Shown here one piece after another: positions 45,881 to 57,680 of a stretch of 64,000 bases of DNA. The DNA is from Podarcis erhardii (Eukaryota). How positions within the stretch are numbered: the first letter of the stretch is position 1; the number at the start of each line of letters is the position of its first letter. The stretch is taken from the NCBI GenBank assembly GCA_964252035.1, contig OZ176201.1, one strand, 5' to 3'. Both the position numbers and the translations under genes were made by a program. Under the pieces are notes generated by a model. That model did not search any database, had not been told where the DNA came from, and worked only from the letters and a program-made list of their open reading frames with translations.

Positions 45881-47695
45881 AGCTTTTTTTCCTGGGCCAA
45901 CACCTTTGCTAATATAATTCACAGGAACTTTTAAAATCTAGTATTTTGATTGAGCAGTATTGGTAAATCTAAGTGCTTCACATGAGGCTGGTGTATATCA
46001 TCACCCTCCCTTTCCAGATTTGTGGTTTTATAACCAGTGGTAAACTAATTTAATTTCTGTGGATTTTTTATTTGTACATCAGAACTTATGTATGTTACAT
46101 TACAGATTCATCACTGATATTTGAAATAGGTGAGTCAGTGCTAGGGATACTGGGGTTACTTGCTATATGTTTTTTATTTGATGTACATACATTTGGTCTT
46201 GGTTTTACAACTCTTTCCTCGACTTCCTGTTTGTTCTGCAGCATTAGTTTCCTTGGGTCAAGGTCATCTCGTATTATAGTCTAGCACGAGCACTGGGTGT
46301 CATACTAACCACAACTATGTTGTGTCAGTGTAAGCAGGGAGATCTTTGCTGCAATGCTATGCTGGCATCAGCCACACCAGATGGTGGCATGGTCATATTT
46401 GCAAAGCCAAAATAGAATGGGGAGATGGTTGAGAAATGGGTGCCTTGAATTTCAGAGAAAGAGCAAGAAGCCAAAGCAGTCCACAGTAACTGAAACCATA
46501 TGCAATTTCTCTCTACCCCCCCCCCCCTCTTAATGTATTAGGGTCTTGCTGAAAATCTGTCAGCAATTTCAGATATTTGGTTCCTGTTTTCTGGCTTTGT
46601 CCTTATTCAGGGACCAACCGCCAAATGGTAGAGTTTATCACCCACCTCTAATGTGACACTAAAATGTGACCTCCATTTCACTGTTGCATTGACAGGCAAG
46701 GTTGGCATTAGAGAAATTATGCTGATAGATACTTGCCTCACACTCCCTGATATTACTGGTGTACAGTGAAGACAGTACCTTTATGCAGATTATGAGATAC
46801 TTGATTTGATTTGATTCCTGGGGTTAACTACGTCCATAATTTTCTGGGGTAAAGAATTGCAGATGGCCTCTTGCACAATCAATCTTTGAACCATCTCAAG
46901 TATTGTTGGCATTTCATTAGATAACTAATTCCCATCTTATCATTTTAGAAGTAAAATTCTCTTGACGTTTCCTAAAATTCATTCAGAGTATTTCTCTGAC
47001 TTTTTGTCCATTATTAAAGTACCGTGAAAGAGTGTGCCCTAAAACATACATATCCTGCCAATTCATTTTGATCAGTTAAATATCTTATAGTAATAACTGG
47101 GAATTTCGGCTTTTTACATCAGGTCCATATTGGAAAAAATTGACTAGAATAAGGCCTACTTCTTTCTCCTTATGTCTTTAATATAATTGATCTCGTTACT
47201 TTTTCCAACATGATTAAAATCTCTTAAGTGTGGCCACCTCAATTTACAGTTCACGTTTCAAGAAGGGGTCTCTTATGTCTTGCCAATCCTCTGCATGTTC
47301 ACTCGTTAAATTATACATATGCTAATGATGTGTGAAAATCAGCCAAATAACAACTCTCTGTAATCGCTTAATGTCCCCAGAGCACTGTGGCTTTTTTATT
47401 ATTATCTTATGATTTGTGACCTATTCTGAGTCACGTTCCTTTCAGGGCATCATTCCAACAGCTGAGGTTAATTAGCATTTTCACTTTTACCCCTTTTGAG
47501 AGAAGCTCAGGCGAGTCCTCACAGTACTTACCCACAGGACAGCTCACAATTTCCACTTTGGAATTGTGTATTTCCCCTTATTACAGCCTGGAGTGGGTTT
47601 CCACAGCCAGTGAGTGGAAGCTCCGGGGGGGGGGGGGGTTGAAGCGGGTGGTTGGCAAGTTAAAATATTTGACATTTGAATATCATTATCTTTAT

Positions 47696-48024
47696 AGACA
47701 CGGGTGGCGCTGTGGTCTGAACCACAGAGCTTAGGGCTTGCCGATCAGAAGGTCAGCGGTTCGAATCCCCACAACGGGGTGAGCTCTAGTTGCTCGGTCC
47801 CTGCTCCTGCTAACCTAGCAGTTTGAATGCACGTCAAAGTGCAAGTAGATAAATAGGTACTGCTCCGGTGGGAAGGTAAACGGCGTTTCTGTGTGCTGCT
47901 CTGGTTCTCCAGAAGCGGCTTTGTCATGCTGGCCACATGACCCGGAAGCTGTATGCCGGCTCCCTCGGCCAGTAAAGCGAGATGAGCGCTGCAACCCCAG
48001 AGTCGTTTGCAACTGGACCTAATG
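47696..48024 (+). mobile_element. Sauria SINE lacking the terminal tail
   Basis: Colinear with 55536-55892 up to ggacctaatg. Confidence 0.92.
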
Positions 48025-48448
48025 TTTTAGCTACCAAGCTTGATGACGATAGTGTGTAGACCTATAGCTCTCTAAATAGCTTCCATCATGGAAGGCTATC
48101 CATGCAACATGCAGTTTGGGTTAAATTCTACTAGTCTGGGATGTGATGAAGGTTATTTACAGCTCCGTGCACCATGTCACTGATCTCATTCTCCTGTTAG
48201 ATTTTGCAAGTATCCCTTCCTGCTAATGCTTTGCTCTCTCTCCTCCAAACATCCTCTTTTCAGCTGCCCCTTTTCAGCAACCTATTCTCTTACATCAAGC
48301 TTTAAGCCTCTGGAAAAAAATGCCCATTCAGGTAGTCTCAATAAGGGATTCTTGCCAGTAGTTCTAAGTAGTGCTTGACAGAGAGATGTCCCTGAAAATA
48401 GCTGCTCTTGTGGCGAGTATTCTCCATCTTATCCCATAACGTTTAGAA

Positions 48449-48452
<4 letters not shown>

Positions 48453-48506
<54 letters not shown>
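48453..48506 (+). repeat. Compound (TC)n(TG)n microsatellite
   Basis: Read directly. Confidence 0.95.
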
Positions 48507-48942
48507 GAGAGAGAGCGCGCATTCAGATATAATGTCACAAAGTATAAATGGTTTAATCATCTTTAAAGTATAAATGGTTTAACCAGCATACAGCTCAAGC
48601 TCTGCTGCCTTGCGCCTCGCTTTGTCAAAGCAGGAAGCAAACTGCAGAGCTGTCAGCTTGGTGTTTCATTTGAAACCCATGCATATAGTTTTTCTCTCTC
48701 CAAAGAAATCACAATCTGAAGCCATTGTTTTTTCTGAGCTTCCCGACTTTTGTTCAGGGAAAAGAAACTACAAATGCTCACTTGGACATAACACTAAGTT
48801 GGTTTGTGCACAAGGAGAGAAGGTGGAGCTCCCTGAGCTGCATATAGCTCATGTGTAGTGCGGTGAAACAAAAGATGCTTTGTGTTGCATCTGAAATGCA
48901 GCCAATCTCTGCACACCTGATCCAGGTTTCTGGCTACTCGTG

Positions 48943-49068
48943 CATAGGTGTAGCCAGGTGTTTTTTTTGGGGGGGGGCCTATTGTGGGGGGGGACAAAAC
49001 CTCAGTTAACTATGTATTTTTATTGATTTTTATTGATTGGGGGCAGCTGCCCCCTGACTACGCCCATG
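48943..49068. mobile_element. Small hAT-like MITE
   Basis: Termini CATAGGTGTAGCCAGG / CCTGACTACGCCCATG match at 13 of 16 positions. TSD is degenerate. Confidence 0.55.
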
Positions 49069-51262
49069 TTCTAATGCAGGATAATGGTTACAAGCTATAT
49101 AGCAAGCCATTCTAAAAGTTACAGTACATACCTGGACTGGATAATTCTTTCAGGGAAGGCTGCTTTTGGCAGCATTTCTGTGAATTCTGAGTAGCTTGTA
49201 CTCTGGTTGAGAGTGCAGTTTTGGGGAAGGGATCCTTCGAGATTCCATTGTTGAATTAAACAACTTTAAATGTTTTACAGGTTTTCAGAAAGAGCTATTA
49301 CATTGCAGGACTGCAGCTTCAGAATCCCATCTTTTGATGGTGGCAATGAATAAGCAGTATGGGACGCAGTTAGAATTAAGTGAGCCTTGGATGCACTACC
49401 CAGGAAAACTGTTTGCTTGGCAGCCTCCTTGGATGTGCAAAGCTTCCTGCAAAAGACTTATTTGCATTTCTGCATTTGTCTTGCTCTGGGAGAGGGGAGT
49501 TAAAGATGCTCCTTGGGATTTGTTAAATAGGGTGAGCAGCAGCAGCCTAAGGTTCTCCTGTTGGATCTTTGCCATGTGTATTGAGAACAGTACTCATTGC
49601 TGATTATTCCCATTCACGCTATCTCAGTTTTTATTTTTTTGTGATGCTTAGGAGTTTTATTCCATGGAGATCCACTTAAGTTCACCACAGCTCTTCCACC
49701 AGTTTGGTAAGAGGAAACAAAATAACACCTACCTCCTTTTGTGAATGACCTTTACAAAAAGTATGCTAGAAATCACTGTATATGCATGCATATTGTTGAT
49801 GGGACCGTGAAACATCACAAGCTGATAGAACTGTGATGATTCTATTAAGGACAGAACCAACACCCTCCACCTCAGACTTCCTTCCATGAATGCCTTTTAG
49901 TCCTTAAAATGCAGCACATTTTGAAGAATTTATTTTGGCTTCCCCCATCTCAGATTGGATCTGTATCTGAAAAAGTTTTGAGCAAGGTATAAATATGTGC
50001 CATATAATGTGCTTGCGGCCATTACCTCACTTTGGAGTCCATGGAAAAGACCAGCAGGGTTGAAAAAGGAGAGCTTCAGGGAACACCAATATGTTTATTT
50101 ATCTGCTCTGCCTTGTGGGAGAACTATAGCTTATTGGACAGAGCAGCTCCTAGGCATTTGAGCTCTTCCCTTGCTTGCCAATCCACAGCCTGAGACAGCA
50201 GTCCCTTATGCCATTACCACACAGGCATTTGAGATTCTCTGTGTTCGTGAGCTATTTTGTTTTTTTTTTCTCTGGTGGAGAGCAATGCTAATATTTACAT
50301 CCCCAATAGCTAATATTTACATCCCCAATAGCAGTAATGCATTCTGAGAATGACAGCCACATTCCTTAGAAGAACAACCAGTTCCCAAAATCCAAGTGCT
50401 GTTAATTTGACCACCTGACAGCTCCTGAGGCCACTTGAGCAGTCCACAGAACTGCCTGAGGCAGAAGGGGCACAGGAGGGGTTGTCTAGCCAGCTGGATA
50501 TATATATGTATAACTGCTTTCTGCCCTTCTCCTCATTTCCCATCCAAATCAGGGGGGGAGAAGAGAACAAAAATTTGATTCTCTGCCATCTTAGTACATC
50601 TGGTGTCTGATGGATTATTGACTGGTGGAAGGATTTATAAGGCAGAAGGAATGGTACACGCTGAAGAGTCATGTGGCGGGCTTTGTATAATTGGTTGGTG
50701 CTTTTCTTCTGCTTAAATGGTCAAAGAAGAGCTATGCCTTATATCCAATTGCAGCCCCCCCCCCCCACTGCACACTCATATGGTAAAAGAGATACGTTCT
50801 TTCTTTACTCATGTGGGGTCATAATTATTTATTTCCAAATACCATAACCTTGTGCAGTGCTCACATTCATATATAAGCATCCATCTTATGTCATGGATGC
50901 TAGGTTGGATGCAATACTATTGAAGGAAGTACATAACAAAACACACAGACTAATAAGGGTATTTCCCATGCCCTCTCATCCCCTTTTACTTGCAATGTGC
51001 TGCTAATATTTTTAGATAGCATGTTTCAGTGATTATATTTGCCCAGAGTCATTGTTATTCCTAAGTTTTCTTTCAGTTTCTTAATTTTTCATCCGTTTTA
51101 TTACTTTACATTTAAAATCTGTTACTACTTTATTATTATTAGGATAATTGGTTTTGGGTGGGTGAGTGTGACTCCTTTTGGAAACACCTTGGTAAGCTGA
51201 TAAAGTGCTTCATAAATGCTATATCTTTCTCCCCTGGCTTCATTACATGAGGATCCATGACA

Positions 51263-51339
51263 GTGTATTTTTAATCTTTGTTGGAAGCCGCCCAGAGTGG
51301 CTGGGGAAACCCAGCCAGATGGCGGGGTACAAATAATAA

Positions 51340-51377
<38 letters not shown>
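51263..51377 (+). mobile_element. Short L2 3' end with (TTA)n tail
   Basis: ggaagccgcccagagtggctggggaaacccagccagatgg is the reverse complement of 15764-15804. Confidence 0.88.
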
Positions 51378-52744
51378 GGCTCTTTTTATTGTGAATATAT
51401 TGCTAAAGTCAGTCATATTGCTAAGCACATTATTTTGAAATAAATCCCATGTATTTCATTGTGCATTAGCTATTTTTGTATTTCCACCCCCGAGCTTTAA
51501 CACCATCTAAAGCACCTTTTTAATTGTGTTTCCATTGTTGCTCTGTGTTTTCAGAATTTATCTTCCCTAGTTCAAAACCAGGAATTACTAGAGGAGAAAT
51601 ATGATGATGGTCTACATGCTGCAGATCCCTATCATTAGTTGCCACTGACCAACTTTTATTGGAACAAATTATAATCTTTGAAAATACAGGGAATATACTT
51701 GTCCTACCTTTCTTCTGTGACATGGCCTTAACCCTTGGGAAATTACATTTTATATTCCGTGCGCATGGAATAGCTAAAAGAGAATCTCTTTATGCAAAGC
51801 ATATGAGGCTTTCCGTGGGAGCCCTGGAAAAGCTTCCATTTAAGACTAGCTAATTATGACTTGCAACCTGTGCCATAAATTAAAGCTCACGATGAGCTCA
51901 TGACCAGTCAAGGTCTGTAATGTTTACAAGCCATAAGGTCATGGTGGAAAACAGCAAGGAACAGCCATTTAATAGGCTGTTGGCCTAGCTGTCAAAATTA
52001 TTAATTAAATTTTATCTCCTCTCCTCCATGCTTGAGTGCCACCAGTATGAATCTTCAGACCTGAGGAAGCCATGCACAGTAATAATTGGGTGCTTATCAC
52101 AGGCCAAGCAGTCTTTTAATATGATCCTTTGTTTGACAGCTATTGCAGTGCACTGATGGAAGATGTCAAGATTTCTGAAAATGCCAATAGAATGCCTTGC
52201 TACATATCAGTCCCCTGGGTTCCAGATCTTGGGATAAATAAGGTAGCTAAGGATCAATAGAATGTGGTCTAATACATTTATCCATAATGAGCTTCAAGGG
52301 GGAGGTGAGAGGAGAGAAGCTTTCAGTGAGAGAGTCAGAGGCATAACTGACAGTATATATTATGCAGGGTGGACTGAAACCACTTTTGTATAGCTTCAGT
52401 AGACCAGAAGGAATTGCTGTGATGCTGTTCCTTTTGCACGAATTTTTGGCAGGGTAGAAGTCTTCATTTCCTCCCTCCCTCCTAGCCCACCCTCTTTTTT
52501 TAACTGAAAGGCAGTTTTGTAGAAGCACATCTAAGAGTGCCCTGGAAACCAGCTCTTCTCACTCTCAAGCAAATCTGTCATTGATTCTATCACAGGCATA
52601 CTCTCAGCAAGAACATTAGAGTCTGAGGCATAACAAGGTTCCATATCCTTGTGAGGCATCATGTTTGACTTCCTGCTCCAGCCACCACTTCTTTTTGCCT
52701 ACTGGGCATCACTTTGCATGTTGATATTAATCACAAATCACTTG

Positions 52745-52865
52745 GCAGATTAGACTGAGAGTGTGGGAGTGACTGGCCCATGATCACTTAGTGACCTTCT
52801 TGGTTGAATGAGAGTTTGAACCTGGATCTCTGTGGCAGTAGTATAAAACTCTCACCACTACGCTA
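52745..52865 (-). mobile_element. MIR-like squamate SINE fragment
   Basis: tagactgagag...tgactggccca.gatcac...tttgaacctggatctc...ctcaccactac. Confidence 0.65.
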
Positions 52866-55535
52866 ATAAATAGGCCATGCAGGCATCTTGCATGAAGTTA
52901 ATGAGCTCCTTGGATCAAGTGCAGCTCACTCAAGGTAAACATCTGGAGCTGCTTTCATTGGTTGCCTCAGCAAGTTTCATTTTAAAGACCCCCTTCCCCA
53001 TTTGTTAAATGAGAATAGGAAACGAACACCCTCAAAAAGAGGTATTTTGAATTGTGCATGGTCTTGTAAAGCATTTGCACATCAAAATGCTATGTAAATA
53101 ACCTTTTGTAATATAAAACAAAAGGCTTGGCCATTTGTTTCAAATCAGACACTGTAAGTAATGAGATAAGAACTGCAAAGCCTTGAAATGGTGAGGCTTT
53201 CTATAGCTCCTTCATAATTTATGTCTGAGTGTCTCTTCCAAGCATTGGTTATCTGGCTAGGAAGTGCCAGAAACATCTCATTTTCTAGGTCATGTAAGGA
53301 ACTGGCACAGATGCAGTGGATACATTCTGACATTTGCAGACTCTGAAAATCCTGGATGAGTAATTGTGGTAGAAGAGTGAAGTATCTGGAGGGACAAATG
53401 TGAGCCCTGCTTCTAGTCAAGCAGTATTCCAAACGCCCATCTTCATCTGTCTTCTGACCCACTGAACCAGTTCCTCTAATGAAGTTGTGAAAGGCTAGAG
53501 AACCCCAACTCGAGGATGGAGAGTGAGCTGCCGATAATAACCCTGAAAGTTATGTCTCTGCATATCAAAAGTATGCTGCCAAAAATATAAATAATGATCA
53601 AGAGCCTGCAGGATTCTGTAGTACATAATGGTAAGAGTGCATTGTGGTGGGCTTGTTAAGTGACTGCCGTGACACTGAAGTTGGTTCAGCAGGAATTTGC
53701 TAAACTTCCTTATTTGTTGCATCATTTTGTACAGATGTGGAGAGGTTTGCTGCCAATGGGGTCTTATAGGACGCAGTCATTTACCATGTGCCCTTTTAAG
53801 TATTCTAACTAATGCTGATGTTGAAATTTTGAATTCCTTTTATATTTATATCCTTTTGTCTACCACTTTGGCCAGAGGAGGGTCTGTTAGGCATACACGA
53901 GGCCATTGTGTCACAGACTGCCTCCATTCCATTCTGCAGAAAAAAGCAGTGGTGTGTGAACCAATTGAATGAAATACTTTCTTTGTCAGTAGTCTCGTTA
54001 CTTCCCACCTCAGCGACTATTGGATCAGTGAATCCAGGCACTAATTTTATAACACATCTGTCACTCTCCTCCCAAAATGGGTTGGCAGCTGATGCAGCAG
54101 CAAGACTGAGAAGGTCTTTTAGATTCCAAGGTGCCCTGCTATGGAGCTTTGGAAGTCTGATTTCACTAGCCTCTTGAGACTCCGAATCTGTAGTTTATTG
54201 CTGATGGAGCTGTCATGGTGACTGTGTAGCAAACCTTTAGAGTGCCTTTGCTGATTAGCAGCTGCATAGCCAGGTCCGTCCCACAGTTCCAAGAAAAAAT
54301 GTAGGCTGAGCCAACCCTTTCCTTAGCTGGTGCTCACATATCACACATATTCCTGGTCCGATTCGGTTTTACAGCACTAGGGTTTTATTTTTTATTTTTA
54401 ATAATGCATCATTCAAAACAAAACATGTAAGCTTGCTCAGCAATGCACATGCATTTAAACATATCATAGGAATAAGGAGTCAAATAGAATACAACAAACT
54501 GCATACTGAGCCATCCATGCCTGGCCCTGCTTAGCTTTTCTTAACACAATCCATTCATAATATTCTCATTGAAATCATAAGCAAAACACACACGGGCACC
54601 TGAGAGTTAAGCACTGTTCCTAGAATACAAATAGCAGAGCAAATAATGATCATTACCCACAATCCATTGTTTTTTTTTCAAGTCACTATCATCAGCTCAG
54701 TAATACTGTTTAATCCCTTCCCCTGATTTAAAATTCCATCATAGGGAAGTAATGTGTTTCTGTTCTGGGGTTTACTCTGGTAAAAACATTAGTAGATTAA
54801 CTTTATCTTACCTATTACAGGGGTCTTCTAGGAGTTAGTGCAGCTTATTTATCAAAAAGTGAATAAAATAAAAATTCAAACCAAATTGGTAATATCTGCA
54901 AGTGCCTTTCAGTGGGAAGTGCACTTCACTGGTATCAGTTTCAAATATTTGCATAGATCCTGTTGAGTGCTCCAGAGAATGGCTACTATTTTTTTTTTTT
55001 TAAAAAAAAACCCTTTCAATTTAATTGGTTACAAGAAAACTCATACTTGAACCTGGATTATTTTAGTTTATATGCCAATGTCATGACTTGTTAAATTTGC
55101 TCTATAGTTTGTTCCAAATTTTACATGAGTTCTTTCCCATCTTATTTATAGAAGCTCATTTTTGAACCCTTAATAAAATCATGGTCATTGTGTGTTCCTT
55201 ACTTACACTGTCGATGTAACTCTAGGACACAGAAAACATTTTATGATGGGAGCTGGAGTCCAGCAAAACCTGTGGGCCTCATATGTTCCTTACCCCTGCT
55301 GTTGACTCCACTATCTGGGGTGGGGAAGGGGCAGGTTTTGCTCCCTCCTAAACTGTGCCCCCAGTTATAGTGTGTTTTGCTTTCCACCACGTGAGTCAAT
55401 GGCTGCAGTTGGGTTCAAGTGAAGGCAAACCCTGCACTTCAGCCTTGACACTGGGAGTAATGGTAGGTTGCGCCTCCCCAACCCAGTGGAGTCCCCCCAG
55501 CATACCCTTTTATTTTCTCTCATGTACATGAATTA

Positions 55536-55892
55536 GGGGACGCGGGTGGTGCTGTGGGTTAAACCACAGAGCCTAGGGCTTGCCGATAAGAAGGTCGGCG
55601 GTTCAAATCCCTGCGACGGGGTGAGCTCCCATTGCTTGATCCCTGCTCCTGCCAACCTAGCAGTTCGAAAGCACATTGAAGTGCAAGTAGATAAATAGGT
55701 ACTGCTCTGGCGGGAAGGTAAATGGCATTTTCGTGCGCTGCTCTGGTTCGCCAGAAGCGGCTTAGTCATGCTGGCTACATGACCCGGAAGCTGTACGCTG
55801 GCTCCCTTGGTCACTAAAGCGAGATGAGCGCCACAACCCCAGAGTCGGCCACAACTGGACCTAATGGTCAAGGGTCCCTTTACCTTTACCTT
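55536..55892 (+). mobile_element. Sauria SINE, full length and young-looking
   Basis: Intact head and tail ccctttacctttaccttt. 14-bp TSD TACATGAATTAGGG at 55525-55538 and 55893-55906. Confidence 0.96.
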
Positions 55893-57179
55893 TACATGAA
55901 TTAGGGTGCGTTCTGTACTTTGGGATGCTGTGGTGGTGGAAAATGTGTCAGTGCCACTGGGCACTATGTTGGGGCCTCAGTTCAAAAATGTGTCATTGCC
56001 TATGTTGTGATATTTTGCCAGTTAGTCAATAGTGAGCATTTCTTCTTTAGCTGCTTTTTCCAGACTTCTGTGCAGATAAAAATGTTCAGTTTACATGTGA
56101 AATGGGTGTGTACATTGAGTTTACACTGTTGGAGGAAGTCTCTTTTGGGTGAAGAAATGCATAGAAAGCTTTTTGTAGGCTTCATGCAAACAGTGGGCAG
56201 GACCAGGTCTCAAAGTGGTCAAGCCAAATGCATATTAGGTACACATCACGCACCTGTATGCATTCAAATTTGCAGGTGCAGAACACATAAACAGACATAG
56301 TGAACACAGAGTCTCTCACACACACTCTGCCCCTACTCATCACCTTAACATAGGGATGCTCACTGTGGCATATAGCCTGAGGCAGGTAAAATAGCTTGCT
56401 GCATGGGAAGCAGTCAGACTTTGGGCAGAGTTGCACTTGAGTGGTTTGCTTTTCTTTGTGGGCCAAGTGTTCTGATCATACCACAGGGGATAAAACACCC
56501 TCTAATCTGCTCCGTTCAATTCTCATGCACTGGCAATGATCACTGAATGTTCAGGAAACACTGGGAGCACTTGCATTGCCTGCGTTATGGGGGGAAAGAG
56601 TGGCAGGAAAGAACAGCACAGGGCATCTGTGGGAGGGAGGGCTGTCATCAGACATTGTAGGATGCTACTATAGAAAGACTCTTCAGTAGCATGTACTGTG
56701 TTTGTAGCTAAGGACAAGCATAGTAAAATGTTTCCCCTTTAGGTGGGAGAGAGGTTTCCGAGGAAAGCCCAGCAAGCTGCTATGACCCTATTGGTGCTTG
56801 CCCACAAGAAACAAGGTGGCAGCTTGCAAATGATTGTGGAGCACTCAGGGATGCACAAGCAATCTGTGCAGGATGGCTTAAGAGGAAGAAACTGTGCTCT
56901 TGGTAAGGGCAAGAGGACTTCCCCCATTCAATTCTTGTATTGTTCTGTGGTGCATTGTGCTCTGCATTCCATTCCTTCCTTAATTAGGAGAGTTACTAAC
57001 ATTAATTCTGGATTTGGAGCATGAATAGAGTTGCAGCTTTTACATCCTTCACATATGTTCCCTTCTGTGTGATTGCACACATGTGCATTGATGTTGTGTT
57101 AAAGGTATGCAATCAATATGCATAATGTAAGCTTATTTTTGTACAGTGTTCTATGTGTGCAAACCTTCCGTGAGTTAGG

Positions 57180-57680
57180 GACTTCCCCTGCATACGAAGA
57201 CAAGTTCCAGCGGATGAGCGGACTAGATCACTAGTGGGTCCAACAGTCAAGAAGGTGGTTACTGCATGTACTGTAGAGGAAAATGAGGGGCAGATGGGGT
57301 TCATCAACCTAGGAAGGTAGCCCATCTAGGAGAAGGAAAACTCTAATCCTAAACCTCTGCTGCCTTGCGGCTATAATCATTGGTGAGAAAGGCTTCGGGA
57401 ATAAATCCTGAGGAAAAATCTGTATCCACTGTCTTGTGAGGCATCTTTGGAAGAAGAAAAGGCTAAGGAGTAAACCCTATGCAAATCTGAAGTCCCCAAG
57501 GTGGCGCCCTGTACTACTGCTCCTGGCAACTTCTGCAGCCAAGCTGGTGCCAAATGTATTGCTCTGCTTTCCTTTGGTGAGGCTGAGACAAGGGCATTGT
57601 CGTCTGGGCAGCCCAGGACCTCCATACACACTGCTCAGACTTGTGCCCCAGAGAGTTCACTTTGGTACTGCTAACACAGC
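57180..57680 (+). mobile_element. Possible RTE-clade 5'UTR-like or non-autonomous element
   Basis: caacctaggaaggtagcccatctaggagaaggaaaactct...aaacctc.gctgccttgcggc resembles RTE 5' leaders from memory. No ORF. Imperfect internal direct repeat. Confidence 0.35.

Noticed and set aside
49830-49900. Box C-like TGTGATGA as a C/D snoRNA (also ~34457)
   Set aside because: No box D at a plausible distance with a terminal stem.
53145-53462. 105-aa minus-strand ORF with faint L2-like SLTISRL
   Set aside because: The similarity is too weak to call.
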